NCBI GenBank assembly: GCA_944345545.1
Contig: CALVMK010000062.1
Location: 4,538-68,537, forward strand
DNA from: an uncultured Clostridia bacterium
GTDB taxonomy: Bacteria > Bacillota > Clostridia > Christensenellales > UBA1242
Length of the DNA: 64,000 nucleotides
Reading direction: 5' to 3'
Part shown: one piece after another, positions 41,848-50,767 of the stretch
How the letters are laid out: each line of letters opens with the position of its first letter
How positions within the stretch are numbered: the first letter of the stretch is position 1
Notes under the pieces: generated by a model
The model's input: the letters and a program-made list of their open reading frames with translations, nothing else
Told to the model about the DNA's origin: nothing
Database searches by the model: none
Program-made: the position numbers and the translations under genes

Positions 41848-44250
41848 ATGGATTTTAAAAATGTTGAAAAAAAATGGCAAAAAATATGGGAACAAGAACA
41901 TAGATATCATGCAAAAGACTTTGATAGTAAACCAAAATATTATATTCTAGTTGAATTTCCATATCCAAGTGGAGCTGGACTTCATGTTGGGCACACGCCA
42001 AATCAAATAGCTATGGATATTTTAGCAAGAAAAAAGAGAGCAGAAGGCTATAATGTTCTCTACCCTATCGGTTGGGACGCTTTTGGACTGCCAACAGAAA
42101 ATTATGCAATCAAAACAGGCATACACCCAAAAGAAGTAACAAGAAAGAATGTTGAACATTTTAAAGAACAAATAAAGAGTTTGGGCATTTCATTTGATTG
42201 GGATAGAGAAATCAACACCACAGATGAAGAATATTATAAATGGACTCAATGGATATTTTTACAGTTTTTTAAAAAAGGCTTAGCTTATAAAGCAGAAGCA
42301 AATATAAATTGGTGTCCTAAATGTAAAATTGGTCTTTCAAACGAAGAAAGCGAAGGCGGAATTTGCGAAAGATGTGGAACTCCAACTTTGCAAAAGCCAA
42401 AAAGCCAATGGATGTTAAAAATGTCTGAATATGCAGAAAAACTTTTACAAGGTTTAGATGAAACTAATTATTGGGAAAACATAAAAGCAATGCAAAGAAA
42501 ATGGATTGGTAAAAGCGAAGGGACAACAATGCATTGTAAATTAGAAAGTGGAGAAAGTTTTGATATTTTCACAACATGTATAGAAACAGTGTTTGGTATT
42601 ACCTACTTTGTTTTAGCTCCTGAAAATCCATTAGTAGACAAATTAAAAGACAAAATTGAAAATTGGGATGAAGTTTTAGCTTATAAAGAAAAGTCAGCAA
42701 AAAAATCTGAGTTTGAAAGAACAGAACTTGTTAAAGAAAAGTCTGGTTGTGAGTTAAAAGGAATAAAAGCAATCAATCCAATAAATGGAAAAAAAGTTCC
42801 AGTTTATATAGGAGATTATGTTTTAGCCAATTATGGTTCTGGTGCAGTTATGGCAGTGCCAGCGCACGACCAAAGAGATTATGATTTTGCAAAACTTATG
42901 AATTTGCCTATGATAGAAGTAATAGAAGGCGGAAACATTAAAGAATGTGCTTTTGAAAAAGCTGATTATTTGGGAAAAGGTTGCAAACTCATAAATTCTG
43001 CAGGGTTCTCAGGAATGACAGTTGAAGAAGCAAAAGCTGCACTAAACAAATATTTAGAAGAAAATGGCTTAGGAAAAAAAGAGTGCACTTATAGAATGAG
43101 AGATTGGGTTTTCAGACGTCAAAGATATTGGGGCGAACCTGTTCCACTTGTTTATTGTGAGCATTGTGGTTGGGTTCCAGTTCCTGAAAATGAACTTCCT
43201 GTTAAACTCCCTAATGTTGATAAATATGTCCCAACAGATGATGGAGAAAGTCCACTTTCAAGAATAACAGAATGGGTAAACACCACCTGCCCTAAATGCG
43301 GACAACCTGCAAAACGTGAAACAGATGTAATGCCCAACTGGGCAGGGTCATCTTGGTATTGGCTAAGATATATGGACCCACACAATGATAAAGCTTTTGC
43401 AGATTTTGAAAAAATGAAATATTGGGGAAAAGTAGATATTTATAATGGCGGTGGCGAACACGTTACACGACACCTTTTATACGCAAGATTTTGGCATAAA
43501 TTTTTATATGATAATGGTTTAGTTCCTTATAGCGAACCATTTGATAGAAGAATACAACAAGGAATTATATTAGCAAGCGACGGTTCTAAGATGAGCAAAT
43601 CTGCTGGCAACACCGTTGACCCAATGGAATACGTAGAAAAATACGGTGCCGACGTATCAAGACTTGGTCAAATGTTCATGGGTGATTACACAGAGATGAA
43701 ACCATGGAGCGATGCAACAATGAAACCATGTGAAAGATTATTAAATAGAATAGTTGCACTAAAGGACAAAGTAACAAAAGGTGAAATTAGAGATGAAAAC
43801 AAGTTCATATGTGCAAGTAGCATAAAGAAAGTAAATGAAGATGTTGAAAACTTAAAATTCAACACAGCCATTTCACAAATTATGATATTTACAAGTGCAC
43901 TTGAAAAACAAGAAAAGATAAATTCAGAAGAATATAAAGTTTTACTTAAAATATTGAATCCATTTGCCCCACACATTACGGAAGAATTATGGGAAGAATG
44001 TAAGTTTTCTCCAAAAATTGAAGAGACAGCATGGCCGAGTTACAATGAAAAAGACTTAATTCAAAATGAAGTAGAAATAGCAGTTCAACAAAATAGTAAG
44101 ATTATAGGAAGAATGAATATATCCCCCACAGCAGACCAAAGCGAGATAGAAGAAAAAGCAAAAAAAGAATTTGCACAAAAATTTGAAAACAAAGAAATAA
44201 TAAAAGTTGTTTTAATTCCATCAAGGTTAATAAATTTCATTGTAAAATAA
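41848..44250 (+). CDS. leuS: Leucine--tRNA ligase
   Basis: True start is MDFKNVEKKWQKIWEQ at ATG 41848, behind AAAAGGGGAAAAA. HIGH motif is GLHVGH and KMSKS is SKMSKS. The track's longer ORF from 41656 only reads through the structured leader. Confidence 0.95.
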   Translation: MDFKNVEKKWQKIWEQEHRYHAKDFDSKPKYYILVEFPYPSGAGLHVGHTPNQIAMDILARKKRAEGYNVLYPIGWDAFGLPTENYAIKTGIHPKEVTRKNVEHFKEQIKSLGISFDWDREINTTDEEYYKWTQWIFLQFFKKGLAYKAEANINWCPKCKIGLSNEESEGGICERCGTPTLQKPKSQWMLKMSEYAEKLLQGLDETNYWENIKAMQRKWIGKSEGTTMHCKLESGESFDIFTTCIETVFGITYFVLAPENPLVDKLKDKIENWDEVLAYKEKSAKKSEFERTELVKEKSGCELKGIKAINPINGKKVPVYIGDYVLANYGSGAVMAVPAHDQRDYDFAKLMNLPMIEVIEGGNIKECAFEKADYLGKGCKLINSAGFSGMTVEEAKAALNKYLEENGLGKKECTYRMRDWVFRRQRYWGEPVPLVYCEHCGWVPVPENELPVKLPNVDKYVPTDDGESPLSRITEWVNTTCPKCGQPAKRETDVMPNWAGSSWYWLRYMDPHNDKAFADFEKMKYWGKVDIYNGGGEHVTRHLLYARFWHKFLYDNGLVPYSEPFDRRIQQGIILASDGSKMSKSAGNTVDPMEYVEKYGADVSRLGQMFMGDYTEMKPWSDATMKPCERLLNRIVALKDKVTKGEIRDENKFICASSIKKVNEDVENLKFNTAISQIMIFTSALEKQEKINSEEYKVLLKILNPFAPHITEELWEECKFSPKIEETAWPSYNEKDLIQNEVEIAVQQNSKIIGRMNISPTADQSEIEEKAKKEFAQKFENKEIIKVVLIPSRLINFIVK

Positions 44251-44256
44251 AATGAA

Positions 44257-44286
44257 AATACACTAGTCAACTAGTGTATTTTTTTA
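44257..44286 (+). terminator. Rho-independent terminator of leuS
   Basis: 10-bp stem AATACACTAG/CTAGTGTATT with loop tcaa, followed by a T-run. Confidence 0.8.
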
Positions 44287-44416
44287 AAATATCTAACATA
44301 TTTTTTTCTTAAACAAAAAAAATATTTTAAACATTTTCAATTTATAGAATATAAAAATTTTTGTTTTATTTGATTTTATAATAAATTTTGATTATACTAA
44401 ACATTGTGAGGTTTAG

Positions 44417-45199
44417 ATGAAAAAGTTTGATAACGAAAACAATTTATTTTCGAAGCAACATAGTAAAAATGAAACTTCAAGCAAAACTTTCTCTAAAAGT
44501 TTAATAGCTGAATATGTCATTTTTGGTTTAACAATAGCCTGCTTTTTGTTTGCAATTATTTATTATATTATTTCACCAAATTTAAAAGATGGCTACTTTG
44601 TTGGTATTTTGCAAAGAATTTTAATGCTTTTATTGTTATTTTTACCAATTCTAATAGAAAAAATATTTAAAATAAAATTTCCTAGTTTTTTTAATATATC
44701 ACTTTATATATTCTTTTTATGTGCAGTTTTCATAGGAACATTTATGAATATTTATTCTGTTTTTAGACATTGGGACACAGTATTGCATGGATTAAGTGCA
44801 CTACTTTTTGGAATTTTGTCAATGTGTCTTATTAGTGCATGGTTTAAAAACAAAAATATAACTTTATCCCCTATTTTCTTATTAGTTTTTGCTTTTTGTT
44901 TTTCATTAGCTATAGAAGCTGTTTGGGAAATATATGAATATACTATTGACGCTTTAATTCCAACATATAATGCACAAAGATATATGGAAAATGGTGTTGA
45001 ATTTGTTGGAAGAGCAGCTCTTTACGACACAATGAAAGATATCATTGTTGGCGCAATTGGGGCATTAATTGCAGGAATAATTTGTGCTATTTGTCAAAAA
45101 AAGAACAATAATTTTATTAAGGCTTTTGAAATTAAAAAAACAAACAAAATAAATAATAACAATAGTAAAGATAATGATGAGACCACTGAAAATCATTAA
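44417..45199 (+). CDS. Multi-pass membrane protein of unknown function
   Basis: 260-aa ORF with about 6 hydrophobic segments, RBS GTGAGGT, and a plausible TTGATT-17-TATACT promoter upstream. No family assigned confidently. Confidence 0.5.
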   Translation: MKKFDNENNLFSKQHSKNETSSKTFSKSLIAEYVIFGLTIACFLFAIIYYIISPNLKDGYFVGILQRILMLLLLFLPILIEKIFKIKFPSFFNISLYIFFLCAVFIGTFMNIYSVFRHWDTVLHGLSALLFGILSMCLISAWFKNKNITLSPIFLLVFAFCFSLAIEAVWEIYEYTIDALIPTYNAQRYMENGVEFVGRAALYDTMKDIIVGAIGALIAGIICAICQKKNNNFIKAFEIKKTNKINNNNSKDNDETTENH

Positions 45200-45332
45200 A
45201 ATAATTTATAAAAAACATTTTTTTAATAATTCTAAAATTGCTTTTAATTACTAAAAATTAAAGATGCTGATATAATTTATTTAATCATAATAAATTCTAT
45301 ATAACTTTTTTAAAAAAACAATAGAAAAGAGC

Positions 45333-46382
45333 CTATAAATTAGGCTCTTTTTCTTTATTATCTTTATGTGAATATGAATTTTCTTCGTAAAATTCAGGAT
45401 TGAACATTTTTAGTAATTTTTTTTGTTTAATTTTTTCTTTTTCTTTTGCTTTTGTGTCAGAAATTAATGTATTGTCTATAACATCTACCAAAAAATCAAT
45501 GTTTTCCTCATCTAACGACGTGTCATTCACAGAATGTATTTGAGAATATAATGATTTATTATTATGCTCGTCAACAGATAAAAAACAAACATGATTATAT
45601 TTTTTAAATGCAATATGATCACTCATACTCATAAAACCGCTTCTTTTTGGATTAAAAATGTATTTGCTGTGTTTCTTTTCATTTAACTCTTTCACAATTT
45701 CTGGAACTTTTTTTCCAGCATAATACATATTAAATTGATTTCCCTTCCCCACACAATCTAAATTTATTATAGTTTGATTTTTAAGTTCTTTCTTGTGCTT
45801 ATGTGCATATGAAAATCCACCAAAAAGACCTTTTTCTTCATTATCCGTTAAAACAAAACAAAACTTATCCTTAATTTCTTGTGGTGCATCTTTATATTTA
45901 TCCATTAGATTTAATATAGCTAAAACCCCGCTGGAGTTGTCGTTATAGTTCTTTTTGTTTGCATTCCCCAAAAGCCCCATAACATAACCAATAAGCCCAC
46001 CGCAGATTCCAATATTAGCAATTGGCAAAACATATGTTAATGCCCTAAAAACTTTAATAGGTGCATTTAATGAAAGTAAAATTTCAGGCAAAAGATAGTT
46101 TATGCCTAAAATAATTAAAGGCAATGAAATCAAACAATGTAAAAGCATATGTTTAACAAAAAACTTGGGTAATCTCGGTGGCGTATCATAATGAGCTGTT
46201 AAAACAAATTCAGCTTTTTCTGGGTTGCCCATAACCACATTTTTAGCAAAAATATTTTTTTCTACTTTACAAGGATAGCCCATTTTTTTTGCCAAACTTG
46301 AAACATAATCTCTAAAATTTTTTTTGCTTTTTCTATGCATTCGTGAACCATATTTTTCACAGATTTCATCTTTAAATAACAT
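45333..46382 (-). CDS. M28-family metallopeptidase with inserted TM segments
   Basis: Motifs TAHYDTP, NSSGVLAIL and LTDNEEKGLFG match the M28 zinc-ligand regions. The terminator hairpin AAAAGAGCCTA/TAGGCTCTTTT overlaps the stop codon. Confidence 0.55.
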   Translation of the reverse strand: MLFKDEICEKYGSRMHRKSKKNFRDYVSSLAKKMGYPCKVEKNIFAKNVVMGNPEKAEFVLTAHYDTPPRLPKFFVKHMLLHCLISLPLIILGINYLLPEILLSLNAPIKVFRALTYVLPIANIGICGGLIGYVMGLLGNANKKNYNDNSSGVLAILNLMDKYKDAPQEIKDKFCFVLTDNEEKGLFGGFSYAHKHKKELKNQTIINLDCVGKGNQFNMYYAGKKVPEIVKELNEKKHSKYIFNPKRSGFMSMSDHIAFKKYNHVCFLSVDEHNNKSLYSQIHSVNDTSLDEENIDFLVDVIDNTLISDTKAKEKEKIKQKKLLKMFNPEFYEENSYSHKDNKEKEPNL

Positions 46383-46496
46383 ATGTACATATTAACACAA
46401 ATTTATATGAATTACAATATGTATATCAAAATATTTATAAAAAAAATAAACATTACATGTTTTAATGTTAACTAAAATGTAATGTTTGTTTATTAA

Positions 46497-46937
46497 TTAT
46501 ACCTTTCTTATTATTCTAGTATTTGGTGTAGGAATTGGTGGTGTTATAAACGGAGCTCCACCAAAACTTGAAGTTACACTAGCAAATATATAAGACATAT
46601 TAGAAAACGCCATATTTACTAAATTTGCCAAATTTTTTTGGATAAACTCGTTTAACCCTTCATAAGAAGATAAATCTATTTCTTCAGCAATTTTTGGATC
46701 AATTGTTCTTTTTATAAAACATGTTGCTTTTGCCTCAAAGATAGATTTTGGTTCCATAACCAAATTTCTAGAACATTCAAAAGTTATGCTATTTTTTTCA
46801 ACCTTTGTTATATTAACTTCATCTTGAACAGTCAAATTAACAGTTGTTCCCACTGAAATAGGCAAAACATCATAATTTAATTTTAATAATCTTGCTTCAG
46901 TTTGAGGAACAAAATTTTTCATTTCTAATTCTTGCAT
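46497..46937 (-). CDS. Hypothetical protein, 146 aa (possible SecB-like fold; very tentative)
   Basis: ORF followed on the minus strand by a terminator (AAACATTACAT/ATGTAATGTTT plus U-run, 46450-46488). Size and the C-terminal ..SSFGGAPFITPP.. are reminiscent of SecB ..[12 protein letters not shown]... Confidence 0.4.
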   Translation of the reverse strand: MQELEMKNFVPQTEARLLKLNYDVLPISVGTTVNLTVQDEVNITKVEKNSITFECSRNLVMEPKSIFEAKATCFIKRTIDPKIAEEIDLSSYEGLNEFIQKNLANLVNMAFSNMSYIFASVTSSFGGAPFITPPIPTPNTRIIRKV

Positions 46938-47018
46938 CTTTATCTCCTTTTATTCAAAAGAATTATAACACATTAATAAATAAAATAACAAATAATTAAT
47001 CAAAATTTAAAAAATTTG

Positions 47019-47047
47019 TTGACAAAATTTAGGTGTTATAGTATATT
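47019..47047 (+). promoter_or_regulatory. Promoter of tRNA-Leu
   Basis: TTGACA (47019-47024), 17-nt spacer, TATATT (47042-47047). The tRNA starts at 47059. Confidence 0.65.
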
Positions 47048-47058
47048 AATGGGTAGTT

Positions 47059-47140
47059 GCGGGCGTGGCGGAATGGCAGACGCGCTTGTTTAAGGGGCAA
47101 GTGGGAAACCGTATGGGTTCAAGTCCCGTCGCCCGCACCA
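47059..47140 (+). tRNA. tRNA-Leu (type II, long variable arm); the anticodon reads AAG in my fold; CCA is encoded
   Basis: Acceptor: GCGGGCG/CGCCCGC. D arm: GCG-GAATGGCAGA-CGC. Anticodon stem: CTTGT/GCAAG. Anticodon loop: TT-AAG-GG (47090-47096). Variable arm is 11 nt. T arm: ATGGG-TTCAAGT-CCCGT. Discriminator is A, followed by CCA. Very similar overall to Bacillus tRNA-Leu. Confidence 0.85.
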
Positions 47141-47143
47141 AAT

Positions 47144-47184
47144 AAGAGCAATTCGAACCATTTGGTTTGGGTTGTTCTTTTTTT
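47144..47184 (+). terminator. Terminator after tRNA-Leu
   Basis: Long imperfect hairpin AAGAGCAATTCGAACC-attt-GGTTTGGGTTGTTCTT followed by a T-run. Confidence 0.6.
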
Positions 47185-47511
47185 AACTCACTTTTAAGAT
47201 TAGAATAATATTCCGCGTTTTCAAGTCTTAACTTATTTAATACTTTTCACTAATATTATAAAATACATTAAAATAGCATCGTAATAATTTAGTCTACAAA
47301 CAAATTTCTTAATCTTTGACAAACGTTTATGTCTATGTTGTATTTATCAACAAAAAATATATGATATAATATACACTTTAAGCAGTTATAAAATAACTTT
47401 TTCTAAATAAATGTTCTGCAATTTTAATTTCTATTTATGTTTTTAGTTCTGGAAAGGTATTGAAAAAACTTTTTATGTGTGCTAAAATGTGATGACGTAA
47501 AGGAGCAAAAA

Positions 47512-48252
47512 ATGAATTTAAAATTAAAAAAATGTGGTGATTTATATGTTTATTTTGATGAATACAAAAACCCACTTTATTCATTTGAAGTTGATTATAA
47601 TATAATAAAAAAATTTCATCTTATGAGTGAGCAAATGCCAGAAGAAATTATTCTTCCTAAGATTGAAATTAGAACAGATGATTGTCGCAAAATTAGTAAT
47701 TCTTGTATGTTGGGGGCAATTGATGCTCTGAAAAAACATAAAGAAAAACAATTTATTACAGCAGGCTGTAAAATGCAACTTGAATATTATGCAACTGGTG
47801 CATTTAAAGTGGCAAACGGTTGCTTCGCTGGAATAAAAAAGATTAAACTAATTGCACCTGTAGACTACTCAATTATGTTAGACTGGGGATGTTTTGATAA
47901 GAATGCTGAAATTGAACTTATTCTTCAAAAAAATATGACATTAAAACAAGTTTACAGAATATTTGATACTGGTTTTGATTATGAACGTGAGAATTGGACT
48001 TTAATATCTCATAAAGACTTTAATTATGAAAGCGAAAGTTATTGCGGAATAAGAGTAGTCGATTTTAAACCAGAATATGCTCGCAATTATAAATACAAAA
48101 TTTCTAATGAAAATATAGGATTCAGTGGAAATCGAATTAAACAAAATAAGAATGATAAAAAATATTTACATACTCCTTTTAATTTAGAACTTAAAGAATA
48201 TAAAGCACTCAATCAATCTCAATTTGAAAATGATTTTGAAAAAGATTTATAA
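47512..48252 (+). CDS. Hypothetical protein (246 aa, no recognisable family)
   Basis: Start moved to the ATG at 47512 behind AAGGAGCAAAAA. A TTGAAA-17-TAAAAT promoter lies at 47460-47488. A terminator hairpin AATCTCCATAT/ATATGGAGATT lies at 48259-48290. Confidence 0.6.
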   Translation: MNLKLKKCGDLYVYFDEYKNPLYSFEVDYNIIKKFHLMSEQMPEEIILPKIEIRTDDCRKISNSCMLGAIDALKKHKEKQFITAGCKMQLEYYATGAFKVANGCFAGIKKIKLIAPVDYSIMLDWGCFDKNAEIELILQKNMTLKQVYRIFDTGFDYERENWTLISHKDFNYESESYCGIRVVDFKPEYARNYKYKISNENIGFSGNRIKQNKNDKKYLHTPFNLELKEYKALNQSQFENDFEKDL

Positions 48253-48502
48253 AAATTAATCTCCATATATCCTAAGTTATATGGAGATTTATATTAATAT
48301 AAGTGCTATTATAATAATTCTAACATTTTTTTAAAATATTTTAGTAATAAAATAACGGAAATAAAATTAAAGATGGTTTTTTAACGGTTTTGATTTGTAA
48401 TTTTTAAACATTCTTATATAAAACTTTTAAAAATTATTTCATTTACACAATTTTTTTTGCTTATTAAAATAATTATTTTTTCAATTCGTTTTTTGCTAAA
48501 CA

Positions 48503-49156
48503 TTATAGATTTTCATTTTCTTTATTTTTACTAATAGCATTTAACTCACACAATGTTTTTGAATTATCAAATGTATAAAATTGATTAGATAATCTTTCTA
48601 GTTCTTTTGATAGCTTTAAACTTCTTTTAAATCTAGAAATAATTTTATCTTCTGGCACACCATGACCACCCTGTTGCACCCTTTTGTATACCCTTTCAAT
48701 ATTAATTTTAGGGTTGATTGTGTAAACAAAAATTGATGTTATTTTATATCCTTTTTCTTTTGCTAGTTTAATTAATTCAAGTTTGCTTGGGTGTGACAAA
48801 ACAGTTTCATAACAAAACGATTTTCCAGACTTAATAAAAGTTTCAACCAAATTCATTGTATAATACATAGATTTTAAATTTTTTTCATTATCGCCTTTAA
48901 TATTAGCAAACATTGTTTTGCAAAACAAATCTGCATTTATGTAAGAACATTTTATAATATTTTCTTTAAATAAGTTTGCAATCAATGTGGTTTTCCCACT
49001 TCCGTTAGGCCCTGCAATAACAAATAAATCTAAGTTATTCAATTTTTCCTTATTTTCATTTTTAATAATAATATCAAGTGCAGAAGCGTTATTATATGCT
49101 TTAAATTTTTTAGCTATAAAATCATTAAATTCAATCATTATCTCTCCTTTTGCCAT
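48503..49156 (-). CDS. Zeta-toxin-like / COG4185-type P-loop kinase
   Basis: Walker A motif IAGPNGSGKTTL followed by YINADLF, as in zeta/PezT-like kinases. The more likely start is the ATG at 49138 (MIEFNDF), behind AAGGAG. Confidence 0.5.
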   Translation of the reverse strand: MAKGEIMIEFNDFIAKKFKAYNNASALDIIIKNENKEKLNNLDLFVIAGPNGSGKTTLIANLFKENIIKCSYINADLFCKTMFANIKGDNEKNLKSMYYTMNLVETFIKSGKSFCYETVLSHPSKLELIKLAKEKGYKITSIFVYTINPKINIERVYKRVQQGGHGVPEDKIISRFKRSLKLSKELERLSNQFYTFDNSKTLCELNAISKNKENENL

Positions 49157-49227
49157 TGTATCATAAAAAACAAAATAATTCTAATAATTAGAACACAAAT
49201 TAACCTTATATTTCATAATAAATTAAC

Positions 49228-50322
49228 ATGAATAATAAAATATGTGTTTATGCAATTTCAAAAAATGAAATAAAATTTGTTGAACGATGGTTTGATAGTG
49301 TTAAAGAAGCAGATTATGTTTGCGTTTTAGATACTGGAAGCACTGATGGTACATTTGAAAAGTTTAAAGAATTAGGAGTAATTACCAAGCAAAAAAAATA
49401 TGAAAATTTTAGATTTGATGTAGCACGTAATGATAGTTTAAAGCTTATTCCTGATGACGCAGATATATGCGTTTGCGTTGACATTGATGAATACTTTGAA
49501 AAGGGTTGGAGTAAAATTTTAAAAAGTCTTTGGACAGAAAATGTTGGTCGTGCAAGATATCGTTATACTTGGAATTTTAATACCGATGGTAGCGAAGGCT
49601 ATGTTTTTATGGCAGATAAAATTCACAAAAACAAGGCTTTTATTTGGACGCACCCAGTTCATGAAATACTAACGCAAATCGATAACAATAATTATAAAAC
49701 AATAGATGTGCCATCTATCCAATTAAATCACAAAGCAGATTCAACAAAATCTAGAAGCAGTTATTTGCCATTGCTTGAATTATCTTTAAAAGAAAACCCA
49801 ACTGACGATAGAAATGCACACTATTTAGGAAGAGAATATATGTTTCATAAAGAATATGATAAAGCAATAGAAACTTTAAAATATCATTTATCGCTTCCAA
49901 CAGCAACTTGGGCAGATGAAAGATGTGCTAGTTTAAGATTTATTGCATTGTGCTATAAATATAAGGGTGAATACGAAAAGGCTGAAGAATATTTTTTAAA
50001 AGCTATTTTAGAAGCAGACCACACAAGAGAACCTTATTATGAATTAGCACTGTTATATTTTGAAGAAAAAGAATTTTTAAAAAGTGCGGTAACTTTTAAT
50101 GAAATGTTTAAAATTAAGGAAAGGAATTTAACATATATTTCTTCTCCAACATGTTGGAGCAGTTTGCCATACGACTATCAATCATTAGCATTTTACAATT
50201 TAGGAGATTATAATAGAGCATTAAAAGCTGTTGATGAAGCTATTAAATTAAACAGAGATGAAAGATTAAAAAATAATAAAAAAGCTTTCTTAGAATTACA
50301 AAAAAATACAGAAAAAAAATAA
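49228..50322 (+). CDS. Glycosyltransferase family 2-like domain fused to TPR repeats
   Basis: The N-terminus ICVYAISKNE..VLDTGSTDGT.. is a GT-A fold signature. The C-terminal half is TPR-like (..AHYLGREYMFHKEYDKAIETL..). Confidence 0.55.
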   Translation: MNNKICVYAISKNEIKFVERWFDSVKEADYVCVLDTGSTDGTFEKFKELGVITKQKKYENFRFDVARNDSLKLIPDDADICVCVDIDEYFEKGWSKILKSLWTENVGRARYRYTWNFNTDGSEGYVFMADKIHKNKAFIWTHPVHEILTQIDNNNYKTIDVPSIQLNHKADSTKSRSSYLPLLELSLKENPTDDRNAHYLGREYMFHKEYDKAIETLKYHLSLPTATWADERCASLRFIALCYKYKGEYEKAEEYFLKAILEADHTREPYYELALLYFEEKEFLKSAVTFNEMFKIKERNLTYISSPTCWSSLPYDYQSLAFYNLGDYNRALKAVDEAIKLNRDERLKNNKKAFLELQKNTEKK

Positions 50323-50404
50323 TAAAAATATAAAAAAATTAAAAATCATTTTTAAATATAATTAAAAATGATTTTTTTATATTTATTTTTATATATTTAT
50401 TAAA

Positions 50405-50767
50405 TTAATCTTTTAATATGTTAGAAGCAGAATTAGAGTATGCCCTAAAAAGTCCGCCAGCCCCTAACTTTATTCCACCAAAATATCTAACAACAACAAT
50501 TAAAACATTATTTAAACCTTTTTTTTCAATTACATTAAAAATAGGTTTACCAGCCGTTCCGTTTGGTTCTCCATCATCATAATATTTGGCATAGATTTCA
50601 AATTTATAAGCATAGCATATATGTGTTGCCTTTTTATGTTCTAATTTTAAATCATTAATTATTATTTTAATTTCATCTAAATTATCAATTTTATATAAAT
50701 AAGTTAAAAATTTAGATTTTTTTATGATTAATTCATCATTTTTTATTAATTTCATATTAATTTTCAT
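50405..50767 (-). CDS. IMPACT/YigZ-family protein, N-terminal domain only
   Basis: Contains KKSKFLTY, THICYAY, DDGEPNGTAGKPI and VVVVRYFGGIKLGAGGL. It is 120 aa, versus about 200 for full YigZ. Overlaps rlmN by 11 nt. Confidence 0.7.
   Translation of the reverse strand: MKINMKLIKNDELIIKKSKFLTYLYKIDNLDEIKIIINDLKLEHKKATHICYAYKFEIYAKYYDDGEPNGTAGKPIFNVIEKKGLNNVLIVVVRYFGGIKLGAGGLFRAYSNSASNILKD

Noticed and set aside
47141-50322. An integrative mobile element inserted at tRNA-Leu.
   Set aside because: No integrase, recombinase, transposase or phage genes are present. I saw no repeat of the tRNA 3' end downstream. Only the weaker orphan-gene observation is kept as a finding.
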